A stretch of 45,007 nucleotides of DNA, from contig JAYUWD010000207.1 in the NCBI GenBank assembly GCA_043753735.1, positions 1 through 45,007 of the forward strand. Reading direction: 5' to 3'. Source of the DNA: Gemmatimonadaceae bacterium (GTDB lineage: Bacteria; Gemmatimonadota; Gemmatimonadetes; Gemmatimonadales; Gemmatimonadaceae). The position numbers were made by a program, and so were the translations under genes. The first letter of the stretch is position 1, and each line of letters starts with the position of its first letter. Under the pieces are notes generated by a model, which was not told the DNA's origin, did no database searches, and saw only the letters and a list, made by a program, of their open reading frames with translations. This document shows positions 17,741-28,519 of this stretch, piece by piece.

Positions 17741-19429
17741 ATGGAACCACGCCGTATTGCACTCGCCGTCGTCCTGATGGCGGCCGTTATCCTTCTGACC
17801 AACGTTCTGTTTCCGACGCCGAAAACGCCGGTCTCAAACAGCGTGGTTGCAACGGATTCGCTGGTACGCACCGACAGCGCAGCCAATCGACGCGACGCTG
17901 CCGCGCCACCGATTACGTCTTCGCCCGCCGCCGGCGCATCGGCTGCGGCGACCGGACGCGACTCTGGTATCGCGCAGTTGCCGGTGGACACTGCAGCGGT
18001 GAAGACCGCGCACACCGTCTACCGTACAACCAATCGTGGCGCCGCTCTGATCGGTGCTGAGCTGAGTCTCTTCCCGACGCTCAAGAATCGCGGTCGCACG
18101 AAGGAAGGCGTGGTCGAACTGGCCAGCCCGAACGATCAGTTGATCTCCTTCCGCCTGGTGTTGCCGGGCGACACGGTGCGGCTGGACAAGCAGATCTTCC
18201 GCACCACACGGAGCGAAGAGAACGGGCGTTCGGTGGTTCGCTACGATGCCACGATTGCACAGCGAGCCGTGTCGATCACGTATTCGTTCCTCCCGGATAG
18301 CTACCGCGTGAACATCGCGGCGAAGGTGGAAGGGGCGCCGGCCAACAGTTTTCTGCTGGTCGACATGCCGCCGGGTTTCCGTTCGTCGGAAGCCGACACC
18401 GTCGAAGATGCGTCACACCTCGCTTACGCGTACAAGCCGGAGACGCAGAACGCGAAGGGTGTCACCTTCAACTCGCTCGATCCGGGTGAGCGCAAGATTG
18501 CTGCTGGCCCGATCATGTGGGTTGTGGCAAAGAGCAAATACTTTCTCGTCGGTTTGCTCACCCCCGTTGGAAAGCCGGCGTTTGCAGAAGTCGATCTCAC
18601 CGGCGGTGTCCGTACCGGCAAGATCGCGACGCGTTCGCAGGCCACTGTGATCGCGCCGCTCAAGACCGGAGAAGTCTCCTTTGAACTGTATGCCGGTCCA
18701 CAGGAATTCTCGCGATTGGTGGCCGTGGGACGCGACTTTGAAACGTCGAACCCGTATGGCGGCTGGTTGCAAGGTGTCGTGCAGCCGTTCGCGACGATGG
18801 TCATCCGAATGCTGCTGTGGATGAAGGCGACGCTGGGATTATCGTATGGCTGGATTCTGGTGATCTTCGGCATCACCGTACGCATTCTGCTCTGGCCGCT
18901 CAATCAGCGCGCGATGCGCAGCTCGATGGCGATGCAGCGTATTCAGCCGGAATTGCAGGCGATCCAGACCAAGCACAAGGGCGATCCGCAAAAGCTGCAG
19001 GCGGCCATGATGGTCGTGTACAAGGAGCATGGCATGAGTCCGTTCAGCTCGTTGTCCGGTTGTTTGCCGATGCTAATTCCGCTGCCTGTGTTCTTCGCCC
19101 TCTTTTTCGTGTTCCAGAACACGATCGAATTCCGGGGCGTGTCTTTCCTGTGGCTGCCGGATATTTCGATCAAGGACCCGTTCTATGTGCTGCCGATTCT
19201 CGTCGCGATCACCGCGATCGGATTGTCGTACATCGGCATGAAGGGCGTGAAGGCGAACGAGCAGCAGAAGATCCTGATGTACATGATGCCGGCGATGATG
19301 CTGTTCATCTTTTTGAACATGGCGTCCGGCTTGAACCTGTACTATCTCGTCCAGAACCTGGCGTCGTTGCCGCAGCAGTGGATCATTGCGCACGAGCGAG
19401 GAAAGGCGACACCGGTGGTGCGAGGGTAG
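17741..19429 (+). CDS. yidC: Membrane protein insertase YidC
   Basis: N-terminal TM, large periplasmic domain (YAGP), then [26 protein letters not shown]...DPFYVLP, SGLNLYY. Confidence 0.96.
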   Translation: MEPRRIALAVVLMAAVILLTNVLFPTPKTPVSNSVVATDSLVRTDSAANRRDAAAPPITSSPAAGASAAATGRDSGIAQLPVDTAAVKTAHTVYRTTNRGAALIGAELSLFPTLKNRGRTKEGVVELASPNDQLISFRLVLPGDTVRLDKQIFRTTRSEENGRSVVRYDATIAQRAVSITYSFLPDSYRVNIAAKVEGAPANSFLLVDMPPGFRSSEADTVEDASHLAYAYKPETQNAKGVTFNSLDPGERKIAAGPIMWVVAKSKYFLVGLLTPVGKPAFAEVDLTGGVRTGKIATRSQATVIAPLKTGEVSFELYAGPQEFSRLVAVGRDFETSNPYGGWLQGVVQPFATMVIRMLLWMKATLGLSYGWILVIFGITVRILLWPLNQRAMRSSMAMQRIQPELQAIQTKHKGDPQKLQAAMMVVYKEHGMSPFSSLSGCLPMLIPLPVFFALFFVFQNTIEFRGVSFLWLPDISIKDPFYVLPILVAITAIGLSYIGMKGVKANEQQKILMYMMPAMMLFIFLNMASGLNLYYLVQNLASLPQQWIIAHERGKATPVVRG

Positions 19430-19437
19430 GCGTAGTA

Positions 19438-20931
19438 ATGCCTGAGACAACAGCCAACGAGCCCACTGACGCGCTGCCGGCCATGCCGCGCAGCGCGTTG
19501 CTGCTTGCGGGCGGCGACGAAACGATCGTTGCGGTCGCGACGGCGGAAGGGCGCGGAGCGCTGGCAACATTGCGAGTGAGTGGTGCCAAGGCGCGGGCCG
19601 TGGCCAGCGCGCTGGGCGTTGGTGAACTAGCGCCGCGTGTGGCGAGGCGTGTATCGCTCAAGCATCCGGTCGATGGTGTGCGGCTCGACGATGCGATCGC
19701 AACCTTCTTTCCTGGACCGCAGTCCTACACCGGCGAGGATGTGCTCGAGCTGTCGACGCACGGTGGTCGGGTGGTTCCGACGTCAGTGTTTGCGGCATGT
19801 GTTGCCGCCGGGGCGCGTCCAGCATTTGCGGGCGAGTTCACTCGACGTGCGGTAATCAACGGTCGCATGGACTTGTTGCAGGCCGAAGCGGTCGCCGATC
19901 TGATCGATGCACGGACTGGTGCCATGCAACATCAGGCGCTGGCACAACTCGACGGCGGATTGTCGCGACGATTTGCCGCGTTGCGCGACGATGTGCTGCA
20001 GCTGGAAGCCCTGCTCGCGTACGATATCGATTTCCCCGACGAAGACGACGGGCCCATTGCACCGGCACGTATTGTCGAAGCGGCAACCGCGCTGATTGCC
20101 GCACTCGATGCGCTACTGCAAACGGCACCGCGCGCCGCGCTGCTCCGTGATGGCGCACTCGTGGTCATTGCGGGGCCGCCAAACGCCGGGAAGTCGTCGC
20201 TCTTCAACGCGCTGCTCGGTGAATCCCGCGCGCTCGTCACCCCGATCGCCGGCACCACGCGCGATGCGATCGAAGCGCTGCTCGATCGCAAGCCCATGCC
20301 GCTGCGCCTCGTCGATACAGCAGGGCTGCGAGAGACAACGGAGCTGATCGAACGACTGGGTATCGAGGTCAGTGAGCGGTATCTGGCCAGCGCACAGCTG
20401 GTGCTTGCGTGCGGTGACTCCGACGCAGCTGTGCATGCAACAATCGCTGCAGTGCGTGGCAAGACAAACGCGCTGGCGGTGCCAGTACGGACAAAGCAGG
20501 ATCTCGAGAACGGTGACTTGCCCCAAGCACTAAGCGCGGGCCAAACATCGACCGATCCCTCCGAACACAAGGAGGCCGAGTGCGCACCGGAGGTCGCGGC
20601 ATCCACCGTTCATGTCAGCGCCGAAACGGGGCACGGACTTGCGGCACTGCTCGCTCGGCTCGATGACCTGATGCGGAATGACTCTACGCATCGCACCGGC
20701 ATTCAGTCAGAAAGCGTGATGGTCACACGCGAACGTCATCGTGCCGGTGTAGCCGAAGCTCGCGACGAGATCGCGCAATTTCTCGATGTGTGGCAGAGTG
20801 GCGCACTGCCGGCAACCGTCGCTGCTGTACATCTGCAGTCGGCGCGTGACGCGCTGCGCATGGTGACTGGCACGATCAATACCGACGATGTGCTGGATCG
20901 CGTCTTCAGGGACTTTTGTATCGGGAAGTAG
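19438..20931 (+). CDS. mnmE: tRNA modification GTPase MnmE (TrmE)
   Basis: [19 protein letters not shown]...[38 protein letters not shown]-terminal FCIGK. Start at ATG 19438 (or 19483). Confidence 0.97.
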   Translation: MPETTANEPTDALPAMPRSALLLAGGDETIVAVATAEGRGALATLRVSGAKARAVASALGVGELAPRVARRVSLKHPVDGVRLDDAIATFFPGPQSYTGEDVLELSTHGGRVVPTSVFAACVAAGARPAFAGEFTRRAVINGRMDLLQAEAVADLIDARTGAMQHQALAQLDGGLSRRFAALRDDVLQLEALLAYDIDFPDEDDGPIAPARIVEAATALIAALDALLQTAPRAALLRDGALVVIAGPPNAGKSSLFNALLGESRALVTPIAGTTRDAIEALLDRKPMPLRLVDTAGLRETTELIERLGIEVSERYLASAQLVLACGDSDAAVHATIAAVRGKTNALAVPVRTKQDLENGDLPQALSAGQTSTDPSEHKEAECAPEVAASTVHVSAETGHGLAALLARLDDLMRNDSTHRTGIQSESVMVTRERHRAGVAEARDEIAQFLDVWQSGALPATVAAVHLQSARDALRMVTGTINTDDVLDRVFRDFCIGK

Positions 20932-21091
20932 CGGCGAAGCACGATACGGCAACAGCAGCTGATTGACGCGGATGAATGCGGAAACGGCGCGGCTTCACGC
21001 AAATACTCAAATCACAGCAATGCCGTTGCGGTATGCGTGATAGTCAGTTGTTTTTTTATTGTTGTATTCGCGAAAACAGGCCGCTGCGCCG

Positions 21092-22051
21092 CTACCCGAC
21101 GATCGTCAGTCTCGGCGCTTCAAACGGCAGCGGAAGTGCCGCCATCGCGAGTTCGAGCGCGCTTGCCCGCACCGCCCAGGCCATGCCGCGCGCATCGACT
21201 GCGGGCTGCACCATGCGCGCACCCAGAAAGTATCCGGCGCGTTCCGGCATTACGACACGTTCGATGGTCCGCGCGTCATCGCTCATACCGCCCGAGAGAT
21301 ATCGCAAGCGGAGTCCGAGTCCCGCGCGCTCGAGATCGATATTGGCGGCGCGCTGCAGGATCGGCTCGAGCTCGCGGATGCGCGCATACTGCTTGCGGGC
21401 GAAGCCGAAATACTCCCACTGCGCGTGGCCTTGGCTTACAGCGCGCGAGACTTGCACGGCGAGTCCTTCATTGACCAGCAGTTCACGCAGTGATGCGCGG
21501 CGCCCCGTCTCCCAGTAGGAGTAGTAGCCTTCCTCTCCTTCGATCAGCGAGCGCATTTCGCTGCGGCTGGAAGGCGACGTATACCGAATGACGTGAGTGA
21601 GTTCGTGTGCGAGCCAGAGTGGGATCAGCTCGGGGTCGAGCCCCAACCCCTGCGTTTCCGTGTTGGCGACACCAGTGAAATGTTCGAGGCAAATGAACGC
21701 GACGCCACGCCCACCGAGGACGAGCTCACCCGCATTGGCCGCCCCGACGCCGACCATCAACACCACGTCGTACGGTACGTCGGGTTCGAGCAGCTCCTGC
21801 ACCTTGCGCTCGGCCTGGGCCGCCAGCGCGACGACGTCCACGCGACCAAGCAGTGCGAGCAGATCATCGCGATTGGCGTTGACCGTGGCGCGAATCACTT
21901 CGTCGAAGTGGGGCCCTGACGGCTCGAGAACATAGTTGTCCCAGTACGCTGCGAGGAGCGCGCGATGGCGCTCGAAATACTCGCGATAAGCCGCGTCGCG
22001 ATCGGCGGCTTTGAGAACGGCGAGAAAATCAGGAAGGAGATTGATCAACAT
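21092..22051 (-). CDS. DUF2268-like putative Zn-dependent metalloprotease
   Basis: LAHELTH (HExxH), downstream NEGLA third ligand, and RAGYFLG motif. Confidence 0.7.
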   Translation of the reverse strand: MLINLLPDFLAVLKAADRDAAYREYFERHRALLAAYWDNYVLEPSGPHFDEVIRATVNANRDDLLALLGRVDVVALAAQAERKVQELLEPDVPYDVVLMVGVGAANAGELVLGGRGVAFICLEHFTGVANTETQGLGLDPELIPLWLAHELTHVIRYTSPSSRSEMRSLIEGEEGYYSYWETGRRASLRELLVNEGLAVQVSRAVSQGHAQWEYFGFARKQYARIRELEPILQRAANIDLERAGLGLRLRYLSGGMSDDARTIERVVMPERAGYFLGARMVQPAVDARGMAWAVRASALELAMAALPLPFEAPRLTIVG

Positions 22052-22106
22052 CAACGACCCCGACGCGGGAAGCCGGCGCGATCACACTCGCCGAACACGA
22101 CGCGGG

Positions 22107-22135
22107 ATTATAGCCCCCGCACGGTGAGGTAACAA
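22107..22135 (-). promoter_or_regulatory. sigma70 promoter of DUF2268-like gene
   Basis: TTGTTA-N17-TATAAT on the minus strand. Confidence 0.6.
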
Positions 22136-22239
22136 GACGGGAGTGAAGTGACAATCGTGGATAACTCTCCAGACGGTTCAACTCTGCGCGGGTTGGTGAC
22201 GACACTCGCTAGTCGAGCCCCCCTGAGTAACGCGAAAAC

Positions 22240-22893
22240 ATGACAACACTAAATCTGATCGAACTCACCTGCCCGGTCTGCGAGAATGCGTTTCGTTCCC
22301 AGACTGTGGTTGCGACCAACGCCTTCGGCGGCAAGCGCACGGATTTTCACGAACGCGCCGCGGGAATGCAGCCGCTGCCGTATTTCGTGCACATGTGTAG
22401 GCACTGCGGATACGCTGGCGTGGAACGTGATTTCAGCGAGCAGATCGACCTCAATGATCAAATCCGCGATCGCGTGTGGAGCGACCTTGCGACCGCGCTT
22501 CTGCGCGAGCTTCCTTCCGGATCGCTCAAGTACGATCACGCCGCGAAGGTGGCGGAGTGGCAAGGGAACGATCCGCGCTATGTCGCGGACCTCTACCTGC
22601 GTGCCGCGTGGTGTTGTGTCGACGAACGGGACATCGAAGCCGAACGCTATTTTCGTCGCAAGGCGGCGGCACGTTTTGCCGAAGCACTCGAGCAGTTCGA
22701 TGGCGTTGCCATCGAAGAGCGCGCGGTCATCACCTATCTCATCGGTGAGCTGTGGCGACGGATCGGCAACGATGATCGGGCACTTGAATGGTTTGACAAG
22801 GTGCCAGACGAAGTGACCGAACCTGTTGCGCAGGCCTGGGTACTCGAAGTGGCGCAACAGCAGCGCGAATCGCCGCGCGAATGGTTTGGCTGA
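22240..22893 (+). CDS. DUF2225-like protein (Zn ribbon + TPR-like helices)
   Basis: LTCPVC...MCRHCGYA zinc-ligand pairs; LRAAW and YLIGEL.RRIG...A..WF helical repeats. Confidence 0.75.
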   Translation: MTTLNLIELTCPVCENAFRSQTVVATNAFGGKRTDFHERAAGMQPLPYFVHMCRHCGYAGVERDFSEQIDLNDQIRDRVWSDLATALLRELPSGSLKYDHAAKVAEWQGNDPRYVADLYLRAAWCCVDERDIEAERYFRRKAAARFAEALEQFDGVAIEERAVITYLIGELWRRIGNDDRALEWFDKVPDEVTEPVAQAWVLEVAQQQRESPREWFG

Positions 22894-22906
22894 TCTGACT
22901 CGTTTT

Positions 22907-22958
22907 TGAATCGCGTAACGCGCTGAACACTTCGGTGAACAGCGCGTTGCGCGTTTCA
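22907..22958. terminator. Hairpin between convergent genes (possible bidirectional terminator)
   Basis: CGCGTAACGCGCTG-AA-CAC-TTCG-GTG-AA-CAGCGCGTTGCGCG with a cUUCGg tetraloop. Confidence 0.6.
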
Positions 22959-22978
22959 GTCGACAATCGGTAGAGTAA

Positions 22979-23632
22979 TCAGCGTGTCCCGAACAACCGA
23001 TCGCCGGCGTCGCCGAGTCCGGGGAGAATGTATCCCTGCGCATTGAGCTCACGATCCAGACACGCGGCCAGGATTGGAACATCGGGATGTTCGGTGCTGA
23101 ATCGGCGCACACCTTCGGGTGCGGCAACGAGACAGAGAAAACGAATGCGCGTCGCACCGGCACGTTTGAGTGAATTGACCGCCGCTGACGCGCTGCCTCC
23201 AGTTGCCAGCATCGGGTCGAGGAGCAGAAAATCACGCTCGCTCACATCACCAGGCACTTTGAAGTAGTAGTCGACCGGTTGGAGCGTGCCGTGATCGCGA
23301 TAGAGTCCGATGTGTCCCACACGCGCCGAAGGCATCAGCCGCAGAATCCCTTCGACCATCCCAAGTCCAGCTCGCAGGATCGGGACGAGTGTGAGCTTCT
23401 TGCCACGCACCGCCCATCCCGTGGTATGTTCGAGCGGCGTGTCGACCGGTGCTGGATCAAGCACCAGATCACGTGTCGCTTCGTAGGCCATGAGCATCGC
23501 GATTTCGTCGACCAACTCCTTGAACTGTTTGGTGGGCGTCGTGCGGTCGCGCAACAACGTCAGTTTGTGGCGAACCAGCGGATGACTCACCACGCTCAGC
23601 GTGGGAAAAGAAACGGCCAGGTCGGCAGACAT
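22979..23632 (-). CDS. upp: Uracil phosphoribosyltransferase
   Basis: [50 protein letters not shown]. Confidence 0.98.
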   Translation of the reverse strand: MSADLAVSFPTLSVVSHPLVRHKLTLLRDRTTPTKQFKELVDEIAMLMAYEATRDLVLDPAPVDTPLEHTTGWAVRGKKLTLVPILRAGLGMVEGILRLMPSARVGHIGLYRDHGTLQPVDYYFKVPGDVSERDFLLLDPMLATGGSASAAVNSLKRAGATRIRFLCLVAAPEGVRRFSTEHPDVPILAACLDRELNAQGYILPGLGDAGDRLFGTR

Positions 23633-23880
23633 CGTTGTGCGGACAGAAGGAGAATACAAGGTGAACATCAACTCCAGCATCAACGGTAGCGTGCACCCCG
23701 CCTCCGAGTAGCTGTGTGACGGATGATTTGCCGCGCAACGACTTCCCCGATCACCGCTTTGGTGCGGTGAAGTGCAAGGCGCGGGCTGCACGTTATTGGC
23801 GCCCGACTTTCCGCCCACGGCTGAGTCGCCTGACGCGGCGCGCACACGCGAGGATCCAAAGCGGACGTTAGCTTGCGAGA

Positions 23881-24462
23881 ATGCAAAGGATCTGCGTCTA
23901 CTGCGCCTCCAACGATGGCGCGAAGCCCGAATATCTCGAGTCGGCAAGAACCATGGGACGACTCCTTGCCGAGCGCGGCATTGCGGTGGCCTACGGTGGC
24001 GGGCGTGTCGGACTCATGGGCGCCTTGGCCGATGCGGCGCTGGCGGCCGGCGGGGAAGTCATCGGCGTGATGCCTCACGCGTTGGTGCAGCGAGAAGTCG
24101 CGCACCATGGGCTCACGGCACTCCACGTTGTCGACTCGATGCATGAGCGAAAGGCGATGCTCGCCGAAATGGCCGACGCATTCGTCGCGCTTCCAGGCGG
24201 ACTTGGCACTCTCGAAGAGCTTTTTGAAACGTGGACCTGGGCGCAGCTCGGTGTGCATGCCAAGCCCGTCGCGCTACTCGACGTCGCGGCGTATTGGAGT
24301 CCGCTAGTCGATTTCATGGCGCACGTGGAACGCGAAGGATTTCTCCGAGGCACGCCGCATGAGTGGTTGGTGGTCGAATCCGAGCCGGCCGCGTTGCTCG
24401 ATCGCCTGATCACGTTTCAACCGCCGGCTGCGCGTCGGTGGTTGCGACTCGGCGATACCTGA
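23881..24462 (+). CDS. LOG-family nucleotide phosphoribohydrolase (TIGR00730-type)
   Basis: [26 protein letters not shown]. Confidence 0.93.
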   Translation: MQRICVYCASNDGAKPEYLESARTMGRLLAERGIAVAYGGGRVGLMGALADAALAAGGEVIGVMPHALVQREVAHHGLTALHVVDSMHERKAMLAEMADAFVALPGGLGTLEELFETWTWAQLGVHAKPVALLDVAAYWSPLVDFMAHVEREGFLRGTPHEWLVVESEPAALLDRLITFQPPAARRWLRLGDT

Positions 24463-24511
24463 TCGCCCCGCCCGCTCCAACCCTCGTGTCTACATCGCGG
24501 AGCACGGACTG

Positions 24512-27424
24512 ATGCTCGCGACCACCGCCGAGTTGGAGACGGTCGGCGCCGCGACTGCCCGTCGTGGCGGGATGGTGGTGCCATCCATTGCGCTTGTCGG
24601 GCTGGCGACGACGGTGCCCACGATCTGGTCATGGGTGAGGGAAGCACCGGCGCTCCGGCAACCGATTGAGGGCTTTGCGTTGAATCGGCCGGTGAGTGTC
24701 GTGCTGATGTGGCTTGCGGTCGCCGCACTGATCGCGACATGGAGCGGCAATCGTCGGTTCGCACGGGTCTTGGCAGCGGCGACGATCTTGGGGAGTGTCG
24801 GGGGCGCCGTGGCCGGATTGATCGTACCACCGACGTCAGTGACCATTGCCCTGATGGTGGCGGCGATGTTCTTCGCCTGCGGAGTGGCAGTTTCGCTGAT
24901 TGCGCACGATGCGCCGCCGCATCGGGCGTTGGTCATTGCGGGATCGATCGGCGCGACGCTGTTCACGACATCAGCCGTACTGGTTGTCGCGTCGTTGGGT
25001 GAGATGCTGCAAACCGATCTTGCGCGACGACTCGCGCAGGCGTCACTCGGTACGTTGGTTGGCGTCATAGCCCTGAGTACGGCGTTGCTGCGATATGTGG
25101 CAGCGCACGAGGCGGTCGGTGTCGCGCCACCCAGATGGATGGCGGTTGCCGTGGGCGTGGCGGGAACGGTGATGATGGTGGTGTTTTGGCAGACATTGGC
25201 TGCGCGCGAAACGGCGGAGACCGAAGCCCGCGCGCGTATGGTTTCGGATGCCGTGCAGCGTGCCGCAAGGCGGCAGTTTCTCGTCGCCAATCGGGCCGTG
25301 GCTCGTGCCGGGTTGTACGCCGAAACAACCCTGCCAGACGCACCACTTTGGAGCACGATGATCGAACGGTTGACCATGGAGACCGTCGGGATCGAGCGCA
25401 TTCTCTGGTTGGACTCGACTGGAACGACGCTGCGCGTGACCACTGACGCCGCCGTGCCGCCAGCAGCGGTCAAGTCCATGCAACGGTGGGCTCGCGAGCT
25501 TGTACAGAGGACCGTGGCTGAAACGGCTACCACGCCAACCGGTGTTCGCGCCGATGTTTTCGTGGACGTGCACGCCGTCGAACCGGTCGGCCTCCTGCTG
25601 CTGCATCCGGTGCGCACAGCGTCGCGGGGAATTGGAGTGATTGCTGGCTTCGTCTCCGTACCGGCGCTGCTGCGGGAGTCCGTTGCGGATCGCAGCAGCG
25701 GCCTGATCGTCCGCGCGTTCATCAAAGATTCGCTCGTGGCCGGCCCTCCGCGCTCGAAGATTGCGCCCGTTTACCAGAGCGATATGCGCCTTGGCGAGCG
25801 TCGCATCGATTTCACGTTGACGCCCGCCGCTGCGCCAGTTCACTCAAATTACCCCGACTTGGTGCTGCTGCTGGGTCTTGCGGTCGCCGGGCTGGTGTCG
25901 GCGACATTGTGGCTTGCGCGCCGAAGCTGGGAGCTGGCGAGTGCGAAGGGCATGGCGCGCATGCAACGCGCAATCGAACGCTCAACTGATGGCGTGTGGG
26001 AGTTGGATCTGCTGCAAGGGCACGCACACCGGAGCGGAGCACTTGTCCGCTCACTCGGATACGATTCGGTGGTTGTAAATGGATCCAGCAAGGCGTGGAA
26101 TGCGCTCATTCACACGGAAGACCTTGCGCTATTTTCGGAGACTTTCGACGCGCATGTGCGCGGCGAAACAGAAGTGTTCGAGTGTGAGTACCGGGTGCGC
26201 GCCGGCGACGGGAGTTGGCACACGATTGTCGATCGCGGTCGCGTCATCGAGCGCACGATCGACGGCCGGGCGGCGCGGGTGCTCGGGATCTCGGCGGACA
26301 TCACGGAACGCGCGCGTGCTGAGGCAGACCGGGAGCGAAGTGATCGTCGTTTCCGCGCAATGTTTGACAGTGCGATTCAGTTGCAGCTGTTGCTGGGACT
26401 CGATGGCGTCATTCTCGAAGTGAATCGAGCCGCGGCGGAGTTCTCGGGGATCTCCGCCGACGAGATGCAAGGAACGCAGTTTTCGAAGCTGGGATGGTGG
26501 AATGTGGGAGAAACCACGCCCGCCCGGGTGGAGGAACGTTTTGGTCGCGCGCGCTCGGGCGAGGCGACGCGCTTTGAGGTGCCGGTCACAACGGCGGGTG
26601 GACGGGCGGCGACGATCGATATTTCACTGCGTCCGATCCGAGATACGAACGACGCAGTGATTCAGGTGCTGGTGGAAGGTCACGATCTCACGGAACGCAA
26701 ACGTGCCGAAGAATCGTTGCGGCAGATCGGTGCACTGACCACGATGGGGCAGTTGGCGGCGCGAGTCGCACACGAAATCAACAATCCGCTGGCCGGTATT
26801 CAGAACGCGTTCTTGCTTGTGCGCAGCGGCATTTCCCCCGAACATCCGCACTTCCGATTCGTCGGCGCAATCGAGCGTGAGATCGCGCGCATCGCGGCCG
26901 TGACGCGTCAATTGTACGAGACCTATCGTCCGGATCAGTCGTTGGACTCAAAGTCGTCGGTGATTCTGGCCATCAGCGATGCAGTCAGTTTTCTCGAGCA
27001 GGTGAACCTTACGCGGAATATTCGCATCGTGACGAATGTGCTGCGCGCTCCGTCGCTGGTGCCCGTTCCTGACGCGCTTTTGCGCCAAACGTTATATAAT
27101 CTTGTACAGAACGCGCTCGATGCGTCGCCCCCCAACGCCACTATCGAAGTTTCGGCGGCGCAGGAGGGAGAATGGTGCGTGATCAGAGTTTGCGATGAGG
27201 GCCCCGGCATTCCGGAGCGCATCCGTGAGCGTATCTTCGAACCATTCTTCAGCACGAAGGATCGTACCATGAAGACCGGCGGAATGGGCATCGGCCTCGC
27301 GCTGGTTCGGCAATCCGTGCTGGCCGTGGGCGGTACGGTGATTGTGAAAGACCGCCCCGAAGGCGGGACCGTGTTTGAAGTTCGCCTTCCCATGAAACCG
27401 ATCGATACGGGAGTTCTGCAATGA
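24512..27424 (+). CDS. Membrane sensor histidine kinase with two PAS/PAC domains
   Basis: Multiple TMs and an extracytoplasmic domain; PAS/PAC ends DITER and DLTERK; H-box VAHEINNPL, N-box NLVQNALDA, G1 DEGPGI, F-box IFEPFFSTK, G2 GMGIGL. Confidence 0.95.
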   Translation: MLATTAELETVGAATARRGGMVVPSIALVGLATTVPTIWSWVREAPALRQPIEGFALNRPVSVVLMWLAVAALIATWSGNRRFARVLAAATILGSVGGAVAGLIVPPTSVTIALMVAAMFFACGVAVSLIAHDAPPHRALVIAGSIGATLFTTSAVLVVASLGEMLQTDLARRLAQASLGTLVGVIALSTALLRYVAAHEAVGVAPPRWMAVAVGVAGTVMMVVFWQTLAARETAETEARARMVSDAVQRAARRQFLVANRAVARAGLYAETTLPDAPLWSTMIERLTMETVGIERILWLDSTGTTLRVTTDAAVPPAAVKSMQRWARELVQRTVAETATTPTGVRADVFVDVHAVEPVGLLLLHPVRTASRGIGVIAGFVSVPALLRESVADRSSGLIVRAFIKDSLVAGPPRSKIAPVYQSDMRLGERRIDFTLTPAAAPVHSNYPDLVLLLGLAVAGLVSATLWLARRSWELASAKGMARMQRAIERSTDGVWELDLLQGHAHRSGALVRSLGYDSVVVNGSSKAWNALIHTEDLALFSETFDAHVRGETEVFECEYRVRAGDGSWHTIVDRGRVIERTIDGRAARVLGISADITERARAEADRERSDRRFRAMFDSAIQLQLLLGLDGVILEVNRAAAEFSGISADEMQGTQFSKLGWWNVGETTPARVEERFGRARSGEATRFEVPVTTAGGRAATIDISLRPIRDTNDAVIQVLVEGHDLTERKRAEESLRQIGALTTMGQLAARVAHEINNPLAGIQNAFLLVRSGISPEHPHFRFVGAIEREIARIAAVTRQLYETYRPDQSLDSKSSVILAISDAVSFLEQVNLTRNIRIVTNVLRAPSLVPVPDALLRQTLYNLVQNALDASPPNATIEVSAAQEGEWCVIRVCDEGPGIPERIRERIFEPFFSTKDRTMKTGGMGIGLALVRQSVLAVGGTVIVKDRPEGGTVFEVRLPMKPIDTGVLQ

Positions 27425-28152
27425 AAAGCCGTGGTCGAATTCTCATCGCTGACGACGAGCCGACGTTTCTGAACTCGACCGCCGAGTTGCTGCGACGTGA
27501 GGGATACGACGTTGAAACAGTCGAAGATGCACCATCGGCGGTGAAAGCCATCACCGGTGCGTCGTTCGATTTGTTGATCACAGACCTGGAGATGCCCGGG
27601 AATGCCGATCTCGATCTGGTACAGCAGATCGCGAACATCAGCGGCGGTTTGCCGATCATCATCATCACCGGTTTTCCGTCGGTACGATCGGCGGTTGCGT
27701 GCATCGAGCTGCCAGTGACGGCGTACCTCGTGAAGCCGGTCGATTTCACAACCTTGCTGGCGCGCGTGTCCGGCGCAATTGCGCGATTTCGCTCGTATCA
27801 GGCCATGCAGGACGCGGAGGGTCGCCTGCGGGATTATCGTCGCAAACTCGAAATGCAGCCGACAGCTTCGGGTACCGATGCGAAGACGGGCATCGACATG
27901 TTTCTCGCAATGACACTGCGCAACGTGATGGGCTCACTCTCCGATCTCGAGCACTTGGGCCAAGCACTGGCCGGCAAAGCGGACGAGACGCCGCAGCATC
28001 CGTGTCAGCTGATCAACTGTCCACGAGGCGCGCAGTTACAGCAGGCCGTCGACGACACGATCGCCGTGCTCGAAGAGACGAAAGGCACATTCAAGTCGAA
28101 GACACTCGGTGATTTGCGTCATCGTCTCGAGCTGGTAACGAAGCATGTCTGA
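27421..28152 (+). CDS. Response regulator with atypical C-terminal output domain
   Basis: ILIADDE, LLITDLEMP, IIITG, YLVKP receiver; ATGA overlap with the kinase gene. Confidence 0.9.
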   Translation: MKSRGRILIADDEPTFLNSTAELLRREGYDVETVEDAPSAVKAITGASFDLLITDLEMPGNADLDLVQQIANISGGLPIIIITGFPSVRSAVACIELPVTAYLVKPVDFTTLLARVSGAIARFRSYQAMQDAEGRLRDYRRKLEMQPTASGTDAKTGIDMFLAMTLRNVMGSLSDLEHLGQALAGKADETPQHPCQLINCPRGAQLQQAVDDTIAVLEETKGTFKSKTLGDLRHRLELVTKHV

Positions 28153-28519
28153 CTTCTCACGTACCGCGGAGATCTTGCTGATCATGTGTCGCAGGCCACG
28201 CCGTCCCGGTGGATAAGTGTCTGACTTTCCCACATTCCGTGACGTGCGTCTCAATCGTTAGAAATACCCACTTGCGAACTTTTAGAAGCCCTAGATACTT
28301 TAATCCTGTATAGTTGAGTGACGGCGTTTCTCAAGTTACGTGTTTTTCTTGTCGTAACCTGGTAGCGCTAGTAGGAAAACATACGGACCGTTTGATCGGT
28401 CCACCTTGACGTCCAGGGCAAAAGGCCCCGGCAGTTGAAGGCGCGAAGAATCGCTCATCTTAAGAGCGGTTCACGCGCCTTTTTTGTTTTTCAACGTGTA
28501 CCCACACAGGATCACGGAC

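Noticed and set aside
18817-19437. Apparent 704-aa MnmE with long N-terminal extension
   Set aside because: The extension is an alternative frame of yidC; MnmE homology begins after ATG 19438.
23633-23947. Extension of upp, and a possible riboswitch in its leader
   Set aside because: Upp homology starts near 23632; I could not match PyrR-binding, c-di-GMP or purine riboswitch consensus by eye.
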